The translations under genes and the position numbers were made by a program. Positions 1-10,062 of a DNA stretch of 64,000 nt are shown here, in pieces (the stretch's first letter is position 1; each line of letters starts with the position of its first letter). The stretch covers positions 32,001 through 96,000 of the IMG/VR virus record IMGVR_UViG_3300025929_000013, one strand, 5' to 3'. This DNA comes from a virus. The notes beneath the pieces are model-generated. The model was not told the DNA's origin, did no database searches, and was given only the letters and a program-made list of their open reading frames with translations.

Positions 1-256
1 CGACTGGACCACCACGGTTCACCTCGCTGCGTGGCTCGCTCCGAAGTTCGGTATGACGAGCAGGGATTCCGAGATCCAGGAAGCGCTTGCCAAGATCCGC
101 TCACCTGAGCGGGACGGTGCGTTCACCGCGATGGCGATGGAGACGATGCTGAAGATTCACTTCGGCTACCACCTCATCGCGTTCATCCGGGAGAACGGGT
201 TCGCAGACCTGCGCGCCTTGATCGAAGCCACGGAGCTCGACCCGACAACCCCCTGA
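1..256 (+). CDS. Hypothetical protein, 5'-truncated at window edge
   Basis: Frame open from base 2 (DWTTTVHLAAWLAPKFG-MTSRDSE...) to TGA at 256; followed by a hairpin. Confidence 0.6.
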   Translation, partial: DWTTTVHLAAWLAPKFGMTSRDSEIQEALAKIRSPERDGAFTAMAMETMLKIHFGYHLIAFIRENGFADLRALIEATELDPTTP

Positions 257-265
257 TAGCAGCAA

Positions 266-302
266 GAGGCCCCCGTCCTCTGGTGTGCGGCGGGGGCTTC
301 TC
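266..302 (+). terminator. GC-rich hairpin, probable intrinsic terminator
   Basis: GAGGCCCCCG...CGGGGGCTTC inverted repeat just after the stop codon. Confidence 0.5.
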
Positions 303-584
303 TGCGTTTGCGGCGAGCCTCCTGGCATCGCCACTTCGGTAGCTGCCATAGTTCAGCTTCATGCCAAGCCTTCCACCGGAGTCCACGCAAGACCGGCTCG
401 TCCGCCGTATAAAGTCCGCCACTGGCGTTGACTGCACGATCTTCGACGGGCGCACCGTGGCACTTGACGAGCGTGAGCTCTACCATCTCCTGTCCGTGCT
501 GGCCTGTGATGCCGAAGATCCCAAGAGCGCCGCCCTACTGGCAAAACTGCTGCCCATGCCACAAGCTACAGGTCAACGGCCTGG

Positions 585-644
585 GGATGTGTGTGTGTTT
601 GACACCACATCGCGAACGCGGTGTACTCTCAAACACGTACATCC
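585..644. promoter_or_regulatory. Imperfect inverted repeat upstream of the integrase (candidate att site or operator)
   Basis: GGATGT..GTGTTTGA (585-602) mirrors TCAAACAC..ACATCC (629-644); overlaps TTGACA (599) and TACTCT (624). Confidence 0.45.
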
Positions 645-667
645 GCGATCTAGGGAGAGCGTGTGGC

Positions 668-2356
668 ATGCCCCCTGTAGATACACCGCTAAGAAGACCA
701 GCTCGATGCAAGCGCGCCATCATCTACGTACGTGTATCCAAGGCACGCGAGGTGATGTACAGCCCCGAGCAGCAGATCATGCGCTGCGAGCAGTACGCCA
801 AGCAGCACAACATCCAGATCGTCGACATCGTGCGGGACCTTAACCTCAGCGGCCGGACCTTCGAGAAGCGCAAGGTCATCGAGATCATCGAGCGCATCCA
901 GAACGGTGAGGCCGAGATCGTCCTGGTGTGGAAGTACAGCCGCTTCGGACGATCGAAACTGAAGAACGCGGTGCACATCGTCCTGGTGGAAAAGGCTGGC
1001 GGCCAAGTGATCAGTGCCACCGAGGGTGGCAATGAGAAGACCAACGTCGGACGCCTGAACCGCAACATCATCATGTCTGTGGACGAGTTCTACTCCGGCG
1101 TGATGGGCGACACGTGGAAGGACACCCACGAGCGGCGTCGCAACAGCGGTCTCCCGCACACCGGTAAACCCCGTCTGGGGTACATGCGCTGTCCGAAGTG
1201 CGAACGAGACGAGGAAAACCCGACCAAGTACAAACCCTGCGAGTGCGGCGGCGTTTTCGTCCCCGATCCTGAGCGCGCGTGGGCGGTCAAGGAGGTATAC
1301 ACGCGTTTCACCGAAGGTGAGGGGCTACGCAAGGTCATTGCCGATGTAGCCTCCCGCGGAGTCACCACGACTGTTGACGGGGCGCCTCTTACGTGGGGGC
1401 ACTGGACCACCGCGCTCGACTCCGGATTCGCGGCCGGTTGGCTGCGCGCAAAGAGCGAGGAGGCCAAGGAGGAGAACCCCAATGGGCGGCGCATCGACGA
1501 TTACGACGTCTGGGTTAAAGGTAAGCACGATGCGCTGATCTCCGAGGAAATCTGGCAAAAATACAGGAAGCGCCGCATGGCGCGTGAGCGACTCCCCCCG
1601 AAGGCTCGCGAGCCCAAGCACTCCCTAAGTGGTTTCATCCGGTGTGGCGGTCGCAATTCCGATGGGGAACTATGCCTGCGCGTGATGACTGCGGCGAGGG
1701 GTGGCCGTAAAGGCGAGAAATACGTAGTTTTTCGGTGTCCCGTCCACGCCGACACCGGCGCATGTACCGGAAGCTCGATCGGCCTGATCACGACCGAGAA
1801 GATCGTACGCCGGTGGATCCGAGACAACGCGAAGGATGACGGTCGACGCCAGCGTGCACTCGACGAGATGCTTACGTCCGAACAAAACGCAGGCGAGCTT
1901 AGGCATGCACGCGCCCGCGTGGCGCAGCTAGATGAGAAGCGAACGAAACTCGCAAGCGGTTGGGCCTCTGGGCTTCTGAAAGATGATCTCTACCGAACGC
2001 TCTCGGAAGAGCTCGACGTCGAACTTGATGTGGCGCATGCCACTGTGGCGAAGTTGGAAAGGGCAACCACCCGCATCGAGCTGGGCCCAGAGGTTTTCCT
2101 GCCCATCGCGGAGCAATGGGATGGCCTTCCACCCGCAGCTAAAAACGAAGCTCTGCAACATGTGGTCGACCACATTATTTCGATTCCGATGCCCGGACGC
2201 GCCCGTACTATGGCACGCGTTGTCGGACTTGGTGAGGCGTATGACTATGCATTGCCATCCCGCGGTGTATCGCGTGTCCGGGCGCGGCGCAATGCCTCTC
2301 TCGCCAAGACGCACCAGAACGCGTCCCAATCCGGAGTGACGCCAGGCGAGGAGTAG
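668..2356 (+). CDS. int: Large serine recombinase (integrase)
   Basis: Catalytic YVRVS, SR(F)GR motif, recombinase domain, zinc-ribbon cysteines and coiled coil; RBS AGGGAG before ATG at 668. Confidence 0.93.
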   Translation: MPPVDTPLRRPARCKRAIIYVRVSKAREVMYSPEQQIMRCEQYAKQHNIQIVDIVRDLNLSGRTFEKRKVIEIIERIQNGEAEIVLVWKYSRFGRSKLKNAVHIVLVEKAGGQVISATEGGNEKTNVGRLNRNIIMSVDEFYSGVMGDTWKDTHERRRNSGLPHTGKPRLGYMRCPKCERDEENPTKYKPCECGGVFVPDPERAWAVKEVYTRFTEGEGLRKVIADVASRGVTTTVDGAPLTWGHWTTALDSGFAAGWLRAKSEEAKEENPNGRRIDDYDVWVKGKHDALISEEIWQKYRKRRMARERLPPKAREPKHSLSGFIRCGGRNSDGELCLRVMTAARGGRKGEKYVVFRCPVHADTGACTGSSIGLITTEKIVRRWIRDNAKDDGRRQRALDEMLTSEQNAGELRHARARVAQLDEKRTKLASGWASGLLKDDLYRTLSEELDVELDVAHATVAKLERATTRIELGPEVFLPIAEQWDGLPPAAKNEALQHVVDHIISIPMPGRARTMARVVGLGEAYDYALPSRGVSRVRARRNASLAKTHQNASQSGVTPGEE

Positions 2357-2430
2357 AAGGTCTCGATCAGGCGCCCGGACTTATCCCCGTCGGTGGGTCC
2401 GGGCGCTTCGTCGTAGGTCAGCTCGTCCAT
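2245..2430 (-). CDS. Small hypothetical protein overlapping the integrase 3' end (possible recombination directionality factor)
   Basis: 61-aa ORF MDELTYDE... with AGAGGG upstream; function is speculation. Confidence 0.3.
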   Translation of the reverse strand: MDELTYDEAPGPTDGDKSGRLIETFYSSPGVTPDWDAFWCVLAREALRRARTRDTPRDGNA

Positions 2431-2700
2431 CGCCCTCTGCCTTCGTCGCGGTCTGCGACGTTCCCCTGGGGGCGGGGCGATTCGTTGTCCATCCTGCACT
2501 GCGTCGGCGCGTCAAAAAAAGCGTTCTGAGCTGTGGGTTTGATGGGTTGACATGTGGGTGCGGGGTTCGGGGGATAGGGCGTGAGCTGCGGCGCGCTGGG
2601 GTGCAGGGTCACCCGGATGGGCTAGTGCCCTGTTGACAGGGCGTCAGGCGGCTCAAGATCGGGTGTGCGCTATCCGAATTTTCTGCTCAGGAAGAGAACC

Positions 2701-4467
2701 ATGACCGATGTGGATACACGCGACCCTGCGATCGTCGAGCTGGCCCGGAAATTGTTGACGGGGGCGGCGAAGATCAAGGGGGCGTCCGTCTACCGGTTCG
2801 ACCTTCAGGGTTTCGTCTCGGACGGCGCAGCGGCGTTTCCGGACCAGCCCGGCGATGTCCTGCTGGACGAGAGGGAGGGCGTCGGGAAGGCGATCAAGCG
2901 GCTGATGGTGCTGGCGGTGCGCCGCGGGACGCAGGAGATCCAGGACGTCGCGACGGTGTCGTGCGTGCTGCGCGTGCCGCACAAGACGGGTGTGTGGCTG
3001 CTGCATGCGGCGACCGGGGAGCCGTGGACGGTGGAGCTGGCGCAGCAGCTGCTGGAGGCGTGCTGTGTGCGTCCGGATCTGGCCATGGACATCACCCAGG
3101 CGGTCCCCTTCGGCCGGGTGGGCGTTATCCACGGGCGCGGGGACCTGGAACGGATGACGACGGTCGCCTCGGGGTTCCACCGGACGATCGGAATCCTGGC
3201 GCACGCCCCGACGCGCGTGGTGGTGCGCCAGCACGAGCGGCTGCTTTCGCCGTACGCGATGCGGTACCGGGGGATGCTGTGCATCGCGGTGCACGACGAT
3301 CCTTCGGGGCGGGTGCGGAAATATTACGGCGAGCAGACCTTCACCGACCTGTTCAATAGAACCCACCACGTGGCGATGCCACCGCTGGGCGGGATGCGGG
3401 TGATGCTGCCGCTGGAGTATCCGCGCTCTGCGATCCCGCCGGATCTGCCAGTCACGCTGGACAAGCGGGAGGCGGCGGATGACAAGACGGTCGCCGCGTG
3501 GCTGGAGCGCTGCGCCGCGCTGATGCTGCATCCGGCGCATGCGCCGGACCCTGATGCGCACAAAATCGTCAAGGACTTCGAGCCGCGATTCGCGCGGGAC
3601 ATCGCCGCGGACACGACGGTCTCGGTGTTCCAGGAGCTGGTGGACACCCGGCAGCGGGAGGCGGAGCTGCGGGACAAGCTGAAGGGTTTCATCGCGGCGG
3701 GCGACGAGCTGCGCGCGCATGCGCACCAGACGCAGGAGATGTGGGAGGCGGAGCAGCGCAAGAACGCCGAGAAGGACAGGGAGATACGCGGCCTGCGCGC
3801 CGAGCTGGCCACGACGCGCGCGCAGCTTGCCGAGGCGCGGGCGGCAGACGGCGGCGGGCAGGAGCACGTGGCCGCGGTGACCGGGGAGCGGGACCGGGCG
3901 CGCGCCCTGCTGGCCGAGCGCGTGGAGGATCTGGAGGTCCTGCGCGAGACGCTGACGACGCTCAAGACCCGTCCGGAGGCGGTGGTGCCGCGCGAGTGGC
4001 GCCAGCTGTTCCCGTTCGCGGGGATCTTCACGTACGTGGACGTGCCGGACTGGGCGGTCAGACCGGCGTACGGGGTGCTTGACCGGGGCCAGGAGTCGCT
4101 GGGGTGGCTGGTGCGCGCGTGGACGGTGCTCACGAAGTTGGACGAGTACGCGGCGGCGAAGATCGAGGGCGGCGCGGGCGGGGTGTGCGCGAATTTCCGC
4201 ACGTATGTGACCGAGTTCCCGGCGAGCGGGGTCACGCCGCGCCATGTGGTGCTGGGGGAGTCCGAGGCCGTGAGCAAGCATCCTCAGCTGCGCGGGATGC
4301 GCACGTTCGACACTCCGATGGGGCCGCGGTTCTTCTCGGAGCACGTGGCGATCGGGTCGGGGGCTCCTCCGGCGCCGCGCCTGTACTACTACGACGCGGT
4401 GCGGGAGATCGGGAAGGTCCTGGTGGCTTACATCGGGCCGCATTTGAAGAACACGCTGACGAATTAG
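2701..4467 (+). CDS. Coiled-coil protein with possible C-terminal RelE/ParE-like nuclease domain
   Basis: RBS AGGAAG; central coiled coil; C-terminal ...PRLYYYD...GKVLVAYIGPHL.NT motif. Confidence 0.55.
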   Translation: MTDVDTRDPAIVELARKLLTGAAKIKGASVYRFDLQGFVSDGAAAFPDQPGDVLLDEREGVGKAIKRLMVLAVRRGTQEIQDVATVSCVLRVPHKTGVWLLHAATGEPWTVELAQQLLEACCVRPDLAMDITQAVPFGRVGVIHGRGDLERMTTVASGFHRTIGILAHAPTRVVVRQHERLLSPYAMRYRGMLCIAVHDDPSGRVRKYYGEQTFTDLFNRTHHVAMPPLGGMRVMLPLEYPRSAIPPDLPVTLDKREAADDKTVAAWLERCAALMLHPAHAPDPDAHKIVKDFEPRFARDIAADTTVSVFQELVDTRQREAELRDKLKGFIAAGDELRAHAHQTQEMWEAEQRKNAEKDREIRGLRAELATTRAQLAEARAADGGGQEHVAAVTGERDRARALLAERVEDLEVLRETLTTLKTRPEAVVPREWRQLFPFAGIFTYVDVPDWAVRPAYGVLDRGQESLGWLVRAWTVLTKLDEYAAAKIEGGAGGVCANFRTYVTEFPASGVTPRHVVLGESEAVSKHPQLRGMRTFDTPMGPRFFSEHVAIGSGAPPAPRLYYYDAVREIGKVLVAYIGPHLKNTLTN

Positions 4468-4475
4468 GAAGTGCG

Positions 4476-4670
4476 ATGGGCTCTGGTCATTGGATCCACA
4501 TCGCCGTGGCGGTGGGCAGCGCGGCGATCAGCGGTGGGTGCACGGCGTATTTCGTGCGCCGTGGCAGCCGCAGGTATGTCAACCGCGAGCATTTCAGCTC
4601 GCCGTTCGTTGTCGAGGAGGACGTCGAGGGGGACGACGACGAACCGAGGGGCGCGCACCGTCATGTATGA
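4476..4670 (+). CDS. Small membrane protein
   Basis: MGSGHWIHIAVAVGSAAISGGCTAYFV: one hydrophobic helix followed by an acidic tail. Confidence 0.5.
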   Translation: MGSGHWIHIAVAVGSAAISGGCTAYFVRRGSRRYVNREHFSSPFVVEEDVEGDDDEPRGAHRHV

Positions 4671-4744
4671 GGTGTGCCCGCGGCGGGGTTGGGAATATAC
4701 GCTGCGGCGCTGGCAGCCGCACCGACACGCGTGAGGGGTTTTCC

Positions 4745-5059
4745 GTGAGCGACAGGCCGGTCAGCTACACCGTGCACCCCTACCTGGAGCGCAACTCCGG
4801 CAGCCCCTATGTGCTGCCGGAGTTCGAGCGCATCGTGTCGGGGCATCCGCTCGACCGCTGTGAGACGGAGGCGGGGGTGGTGCGGCTGGTGCGCTATACC
4901 CCGCCGGGTTGCGAGGTGTTCCGTTTCGCGGTGCACACGGTGCTGCGCGACGGTCGGGCCACGGCGACCAGTTATAGGCTGCTGGCCGGGGCGCGGGTGG
5001 ATTATGACGGCGCTGTGGTGGTGCTGGGTGGGCAGGGGGCGCAGGCGCAGGAGGCCTGA
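4745..5059 (+). CDS. Hypothetical protein
   Basis: GTG start after GAGGGG; high GC3. Confidence 0.55.
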   Translation: MSDRPVSYTVHPYLERNSGSPYVLPEFERIVSGHPLDRCETEAGVVRLVRYTPPGCEVFRFAVHTVLRDGRATATSYRLLAGARVDYDGAVVVLGGQGAQAQEA

Positions 5060-5209
5060 CGTGCGTCAGCCCCGCGTCACGATTCTCCGCGCGAGAGACA
5101 TTTGATGCGGGGCTGGTGCGGGCACCCGTCCCCGGGACGGTGCTTGGCGGCCAGCCTAGTCAGGCGTGCGGGATTCTTGCGGCGTTCGCGGATTTTTCCC
5201 CGGTGCGGC

Positions 5210-7480
5210 TTAGGCGGTCTTCGCGGTGCGCCCGCCGAGCAGGGCGATGGTGTTGCTGGCGCTGGCCGCGCTCCAGGTGAACGCGATGGCCAGGGTGCGC
5301 GCGACGTTGGAGACCACGGTGATCGGGCCGGTGGCGGTGGCGATGTAGCTCTGGGCGGAGCCGGTGGTGGTGTTGGTCACCAGGCGCAGGATGAAGGTGG
5401 CCAGGACCGAGGTGGGGGAGCGGAAGTTGAGCAGCAGCTCGTATTCGTAGGGGGCGTTGGTGATGCCGCTGGTGGCGGTGATCGCGGGGATGGACACCAG
5501 TCCGGTCGCCGCCCAGAAGACCGCGAACGCCAGGGTGGGGGTGCCGGTGACGCTGTAGACGCCGTTGCCCTTCATGACGTAGACCGAGCCGTTGTAGGGC
5601 TCGTTCGCAGGCACGGTGTAGGAGTGCAGCGTCGTGGTGGTGGTGGTGTTGGAGATCGTGGCGGTGGAGTTGACGGGGGCGTTGTCGTTGAGGTTCGGGG
5701 TGTTGCCCGCGTAGAGGGTGCCGGTGTTCGCCTGCGCGTTGGTGACCTGGACGGCGCCGGTCTGGGTGCCGTAGTTGATCAGGGCGCCGGTGGGGGCGGT
5801 GCCCCAGGTGCCGGTGATGTTCTGGGCGACGACGGTGTTGCCGGAGGTGGGGGCGTTGATCGTGATGCCGTTGGCGACCGTGGCGGTGCCGCCGTTGGAC
5901 AGGGTGACGTCGTCCAGGGTGCCGAACTGGGGGCCGAAGACGATCAGGTCCTGGGCGGTGGAGTAGCCGCCGGTGAATCCGCCGCTGTAGCAGTACAGGT
6001 GCTTGGCATAGACGTCGCGGCTGTTGGCGTCCACGCTCAGGTGGGGGCCGCCGTTGATGTTCGAGGACTCCATCTTGCAGTCGGTGATGAAGATGGAGTT
6101 GGGTCCGGCGCTGTTGCCCAGGCCCTGGGCGACCCAGACGGCGCCGGTATGAAATGCCTCCAGGCGGCATCCGTGCAGGTAGAAATTGTTCACGGTGTCG
6201 GTGGAGTTGCCGAAGCCGGAAGCGGCGGCGCTGTTGCGCAGGTAGAAGACCGGGGTGCTCGCGTTCGCCGTGGTGGAGCCGCAGCTCTCGGCCACGATGT
6301 TGTACGCCCGTGAATCCCAGCACTCCGCGGTGTCGCAGACGATGTCCAAGTTGGAGGTGACGAACACGTCGCGCAGCAAGATGTTGTCGGCGTAGTAGCA
6401 CTGGAAGACCAGGCCGCTCTGCCCGTTGCCGTTGACGCCAAGGGATTCCACGGTGCAGTAGCGGCAGTGGGTGGCGCCGGTCAGGTCGGATGCGGGGCCG
6501 GAGAGCTGGATGAGGGCTCCGTTGGCGGTCTTTTTCAGCGTCGAGGCGCGCGCGCCCGCGCCGACCAGGCGCACGCCGGTCATCCCGAGCAGGGAGATGC
6601 CGACCGAGGGGCTGCCGGTGGGGGTGACGACGTAGATCCCCTCTGGGAAATAGACCACACCGCCGCCCGCGGTGTGGCAGGCGTTGATCGCGGCCTGGAT
6701 CGCGGCGGTGTCGTCGGTCGAGCCGTCGCCCTTGGCGCCGTAGACCTTGACGTTGAACCAGTCGCTCACCCCGCGCGCGCTGACGGTCGCCGTGGAGGGG
6801 ATCGCGATGCCGCCGGTGAAGGTCTTCAGGCCCGCCGCGGACTGCGCGCTGGTCAGGTCGAGGAAGTTCTGGGTGGTGCTGCCGGTGCCGCCGTTGGCCA
6901 GGGACAGCGGGACGCTCGCGGTGGCCAGGGCGCTCAGCCCCAGGTTGGTGCGGGCGGTCGCCGCGGTGGCAGTGAGTTCGCTCAGGTCGTTGGCGGTGAG
7001 CAGGAAGTTCGGGGCGGTAAGGCCGCCGCTGAACGTCACCGCGCCGGAGAAGGTGTTGATTCCCGTCCAGGTGTTGTTCAGCGCCAGGCCGCCGTAGCCG
7101 GGCGCGACGATTCCCGAGGGGATCACGGCGGGGGAGCCGTCGAGGTTGGGGACGGGGGTGAGGCTGGAGAGGTCCGCGGTCATACCGAGGCTGTGCGGGA
7201 CGTAGATCGGGTAGGTGCGGGTGCCGCGGATGTTCTCGATGACCGTGTAGTACCAGCCCACCGGTAGCAGGGCACTGTTGTCGGTGCATATCAGGGTCAC
7301 GCTGAAATGTCCGCTTGAGTCCAGCGTCGCGGTGACCGGCGTCGCGTACATGATCGCGTTGGCCGGGTCCACGAGCTCGGGCGGCGGGGTGAAGCTGATG
7401 TTCCCGCTCAGGGCCACGCCAGTGGAGTCCAGAAAAGTCCCGGTCAGGGTGATCGTGTTGATATTGCTGGGCAGCGGCAT
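5210..7480 (-). CDS. Tailspike / receptor-binding protein with pectate-lyase-3-like beta-helix
   Basis: FNVKVYGAKGDGSTDDTAAIQAAI motif; N-terminal domain shared with the two neighbours; RBS GAGGAGG. Confidence 0.8.
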   Translation of the reverse strand: MPLPSNINTITLTGTFLDSTGVALSGNISFTPPPELVDPANAIMYATPVTATLDSSGHFSVTLICTDNSALLPVGWYYTVIENIRGTRTYPIYVPHSLGMTADLSSLTPVPNLDGSPAVIPSGIVAPGYGGLALNNTWTGINTFSGAVTFSGGLTAPNFLLTANDLSELTATAATARTNLGLSALATASVPLSLANGGTGSTTQNFLDLTSAQSAAGLKTFTGGIAIPSTATVSARGVSDWFNVKVYGAKGDGSTDDTAAIQAAINACHTAGGGVVYFPEGIYVVTPTGSPSVGISLLGMTGVRLVGAGARASTLKKTANGALIQLSGPASDLTGATHCRYCTVESLGVNGNGQSGLVFQCYYADNILLRDVFVTSNLDIVCDTAECWDSRAYNIVAESCGSTTANASTPVFYLRNSAAASGFGNSTDTVNNFYLHGCRLEAFHTGAVWVAQGLGNSAGPNSIFITDCKMESSNINGGPHLSVDANSRDVYAKHLYCYSGGFTGGYSTAQDLIVFGPQFGTLDDVTLSNGGTATVANGITINAPTSGNTVVAQNITGTWGTAPTGALINYGTQTGAVQVTNAQANTGTLYAGNTPNLNDNAPVNSTATISNTTTTTTLHSYTVPANEPYNGSVYVMKGNGVYSVTGTPTLAFAVFWAATGLVSIPAITATSGITNAPYEYELLLNFRSPTSVLATFILRLVTNTTTGSAQSYIATATGPITVVSNVARTLAIAFTWSAASASNTIALLGGRTAKTA

Positions 7481-7538
7481 GAACGGCCTCCTCGCCTACA
7501 CAGCAAGCCTAGAATCTCAAGACCTTCCTATATGAGGG

Positions 7539-9707
7539 TCAGCCGCCGAGCGTCGTCCAGGACCAGGAGGGGGCCACCGAGTAGGTCAGGGTGATCGTCT
7601 TGCCCGAGGGCACGATGAACGTCCCCGAGGTCAGCAGCTTGTTCGCGCCGTCGATCGCGATCTGGGTGACGGTGCCGCCCGCGACCGTGACCTCCGCGTG
7701 GCGCCAGAAGGGGTTCTGCAACGGGGTGCCGCTGGAGGGAATCGCCGGGGCGGTCACGGCGCCGATCGCCATGTCGAGGTTGATGACCTCCAGGCCCAGC
7801 GGCCCGTTGGCCACCAGGACCGAGGTCGGGTCGGTGGAGAGCGCGGCGGCCAGGGAGTTGCCGTCGCCGCCGTTGGAGCCGAGCCCGATGCGCCCGATGC
7901 TGGGGGTGGCACCCACGTCGTGGATGATGTGGCCGCCACCCCACTCGATGTCGCAGACGTCGATGTTCAATTTGTTCATGGCCCCGGCCAGGACGATCGG
8001 CTGCTGACAGCCCTCGATGGAGAGGTAACTGAAGTGGCTTCGGTGGGGGAAGCCGCTGGAGGACCAGGACACCAGGCCGTCGAAGCAGTCGATGATGCGC
8101 ACGCTTTCGGCCTGGACGTGCTCATAGACGATCAGGCCATAGACCATGCCCTCGACGCTGAAATAGCCGATGTTGCAGTTGTCATTGTTATTAGCTACGG
8201 GCATTGCCAAACCGAAAGACCAGTTCGCGGGCGGCACGGCGGGAGCACCGGTGACCAATGAAGTGGCCAGGACACCGGCGTTAGGGACGTTGGCCTCGCC
8301 GATGCAGCGGAAGTCGAACCCGCAGCAGTTGAAGTCAGAGATCTCCACGCCGATGCCGTCCACGACCACGAGCAGGTTGTCCCAGGTGGAAGGCGGGTCG
8401 CCCTTGTAGTGGAACGTCGGGCCGCCGATCACGGATACCTCGCCGCTGACGGGGATCGTGTCGCCCGCGTTGTACGTACTGCGCAGCACGGTACCGGCGC
8501 GCTGCGGGGTGGTCTGGTGCCAGTGGTACAAAGCTGTCTGGTCGGTGGTGCCCTGGAAGACCAGGATCCCCTTCTGGGCCGTCTCCGCGATCACCGGCAG
8601 GGGGATCAGGGCATTGCCCTGGGTGGCGCCGCCGGTGGTGGGGTTGCCCGCCAGCAGATAGGTCTTCGGATCGAACAACACCTTGGCGTATCCGTGGGCG
8701 GACAGGTAGGTGCCCGCGGCGGTGACGGCGGCGTTGATCGCGGCGGTGTCGTCGGTCGTGTTGTCCCCGGCGGCGCCGTAGTCGGCGACGTGGAATTCCC
8801 AGGGCTGGTGGGGGTGGCGGTGCCCGGCGTCGGCGAGCTTGTTGACGGCCCCGGCCGCGGGTGTGCCGGTGGGCTGGAAATCGGCGGCGGTGGCGTCGAC
8901 ATCCAGGACCGCGCTCGTCCCGAGACCCAGCTGGGTGCGCGCGCCCGCGGCGGTCGCGGCGTTGGTGCCGCCCTGCGCGAGAGGCAGCGGGGAGCCGAGG
9001 TGGGTGGCGGTGACGGTGGGGCTGCCCAGGGTGCCGCCCAGATCCCCGCCGATCTGCACGCCGCCGGTGGTGGGCGTCGCCCAGGTGGCCGCACTGGTGG
9101 AGGTGGCGGTGAGGACCTGTCCGGTGGCCGGGGTGCCGGAGACGGCGACGCCCTTGACGGCGGAGACCGTGGGGCCGGGGTAGGTGCCGCTCAGATCGCC
9201 GCTGGCGCTTGATCCGGTGGCCAGGTACCCGGACAGCGTGACGGGTCCTGAGAAGACCGTGGTGCCGGTGTAGGTGTTGCTGCCGGACCAGGTCTGGCTG
9301 TAGGCCAGGCCCCCGTATCCCGGCGCGACGACGCCGGACGGGATGATCGCGGGCACGCCGGTGACCGAGGGGATCGGGGTGACGGTGGAGAAGTCGACGC
9401 TGCTGCCCAGGGTGTGCGGCAGGAAGACCTGGTAGATGCGGGGCGCGGCGCCCGCGATGCGCTCGGTCACCGTGTAGGACCAGCCCACCGGGACCAGCGG
9501 CGGATTATCCGTGCACACCAGGGAGACGGAGAACGAGCCGGTCGAGTCCAGGTTCGCGCTGACCGGGCGCGAATAGATCACCGAGCTGCCCGGGTCGACC
9601 AGCACCGGCGGCGGCGCGAAGGTGATCGAGCCCTGCGAGGGGTTGTCGAAGCTGTCCAGGAACGTTCCGTGGACGGTGATGTAGACGATCCCCCCGGGCA
9701 GCGGCAT
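7539..9707 (-). CDS. Second tailspike / receptor-binding protein (beta-helix)
   Basis: FHVADYGAAGDNTTDDTAAINAA motif; paralogous N-terminus; GDLSGT/GDLGGT fibre repeats. Confidence 0.8.
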   Translation of the reverse strand: MPLPGGIVYITVHGTFLDSFDNPSQGSITFAPPPVLVDPGSSVIYSRPVSANLDSTGSFSVSLVCTDNPPLVPVGWSYTVTERIAGAAPRIYQVFLPHTLGSSVDFSTVTPIPSVTGVPAIIPSGVVAPGYGGLAYSQTWSGSNTYTGTTVFSGPVTLSGYLATGSSASGDLSGTYPGPTVSAVKGVAVSGTPATGQVLTATSTSAATWATPTTGGVQIGGDLGGTLGSPTVTATHLGSPLPLAQGGTNAATAAGARTQLGLGTSAVLDVDATAADFQPTGTPAAGAVNKLADAGHRHPHQPWEFHVADYGAAGDNTTDDTAAINAAVTAAGTYLSAHGYAKVLFDPKTYLLAGNPTTGGATQGNALIPLPVIAETAQKGILVFQGTTDQTALYHWHQTTPQRAGTVLRSTYNAGDTIPVSGEVSVIGGPTFHYKGDPPSTWDNLLVVVDGIGVEISDFNCCGFDFRCIGEANVPNAGVLATSLVTGAPAVPPANWSFGLAMPVANNNDNCNIGYFSVEGMVYGLIVYEHVQAESVRIIDCFDGLVSWSSSGFPHRSHFSYLSIEGCQQPIVLAGAMNKLNIDVCDIEWGGGHIIHDVGATPSIGRIGLGSNGGDGNSLAAALSTDPTSVLVANGPLGLEVINLDMAIGAVTAPAIPSSGTPLQNPFWRHAEVTVAGGTVTQIAIDGANKLLTSGTFIVPSGKTITLTYSVAPSWSWTTLGG

Positions 9708-9711
9708 GGCG

Positions 9712-10062
9712 CTAGACCTGCGAGGCCGGGGCGATGGTGGACAGGTCCACCGTGGAGCCGAGGGTGTGCGGCAGAGTCAGCGGGTAGCTTCTCAGGCCCC
9801 GGACATTCTCTGTGACGATGTACACCCAGCCCTGCGGCGCCAGGTTCGCGTTGTCCGTACATGGAAGTACGACGCTGAAGTGGCCGTTGGAGTCGAGCTG
9901 CTCGGTGATGGGGCCGGGCGAGAGGAACGTGGTCCCGGCGACGTCGATCAGCTCGGCGGGGGGTGTGAAGGTGACGCTGCCGGACATCGCGACGCCGTTG
10001 AAATCAACGTACGTGCCGGTGACCGTGATCGTGTTGATGTTGCCGGGAAGCGGCATGGCCAT
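9712..10062 (-). CDS. Stand-alone copy of the tailspike N-terminal adaptor domain
   Basis: 116 aa closely matching the first ~110 aa of both tailspikes. Confidence 0.75.
   Translation of the reverse strand: MAMPLPGNINTITVTGTYVDFNGVAMSGSVTFTPPAELIDVAGTTFLSPGPITEQLDSNGHFSVVLPCTDNANLAPQGWVYIVTENVRGLRSYPLTLPHTLGSTVDLSTIAPASQV

Noticed and set aside
361-843. Separate gene overlapping the integrase start
   Set aside because: It overlaps int by about 175 nt and the palindrome, with atypical codon use; at most the N-terminal part could be a remnant
2513-2660. Sigma-70 promoters at the two TTGACA hexamers (2547, 2633) or an att boundary
   Set aside because: No -10 element at canonical spacing and no partner repeat visible
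5210-10062. Diversity-generating retroelement or invertible tail-fibre switch
   Set aside because: No reverse transcriptase or template repeat seen, and all three genes are in the same orientation
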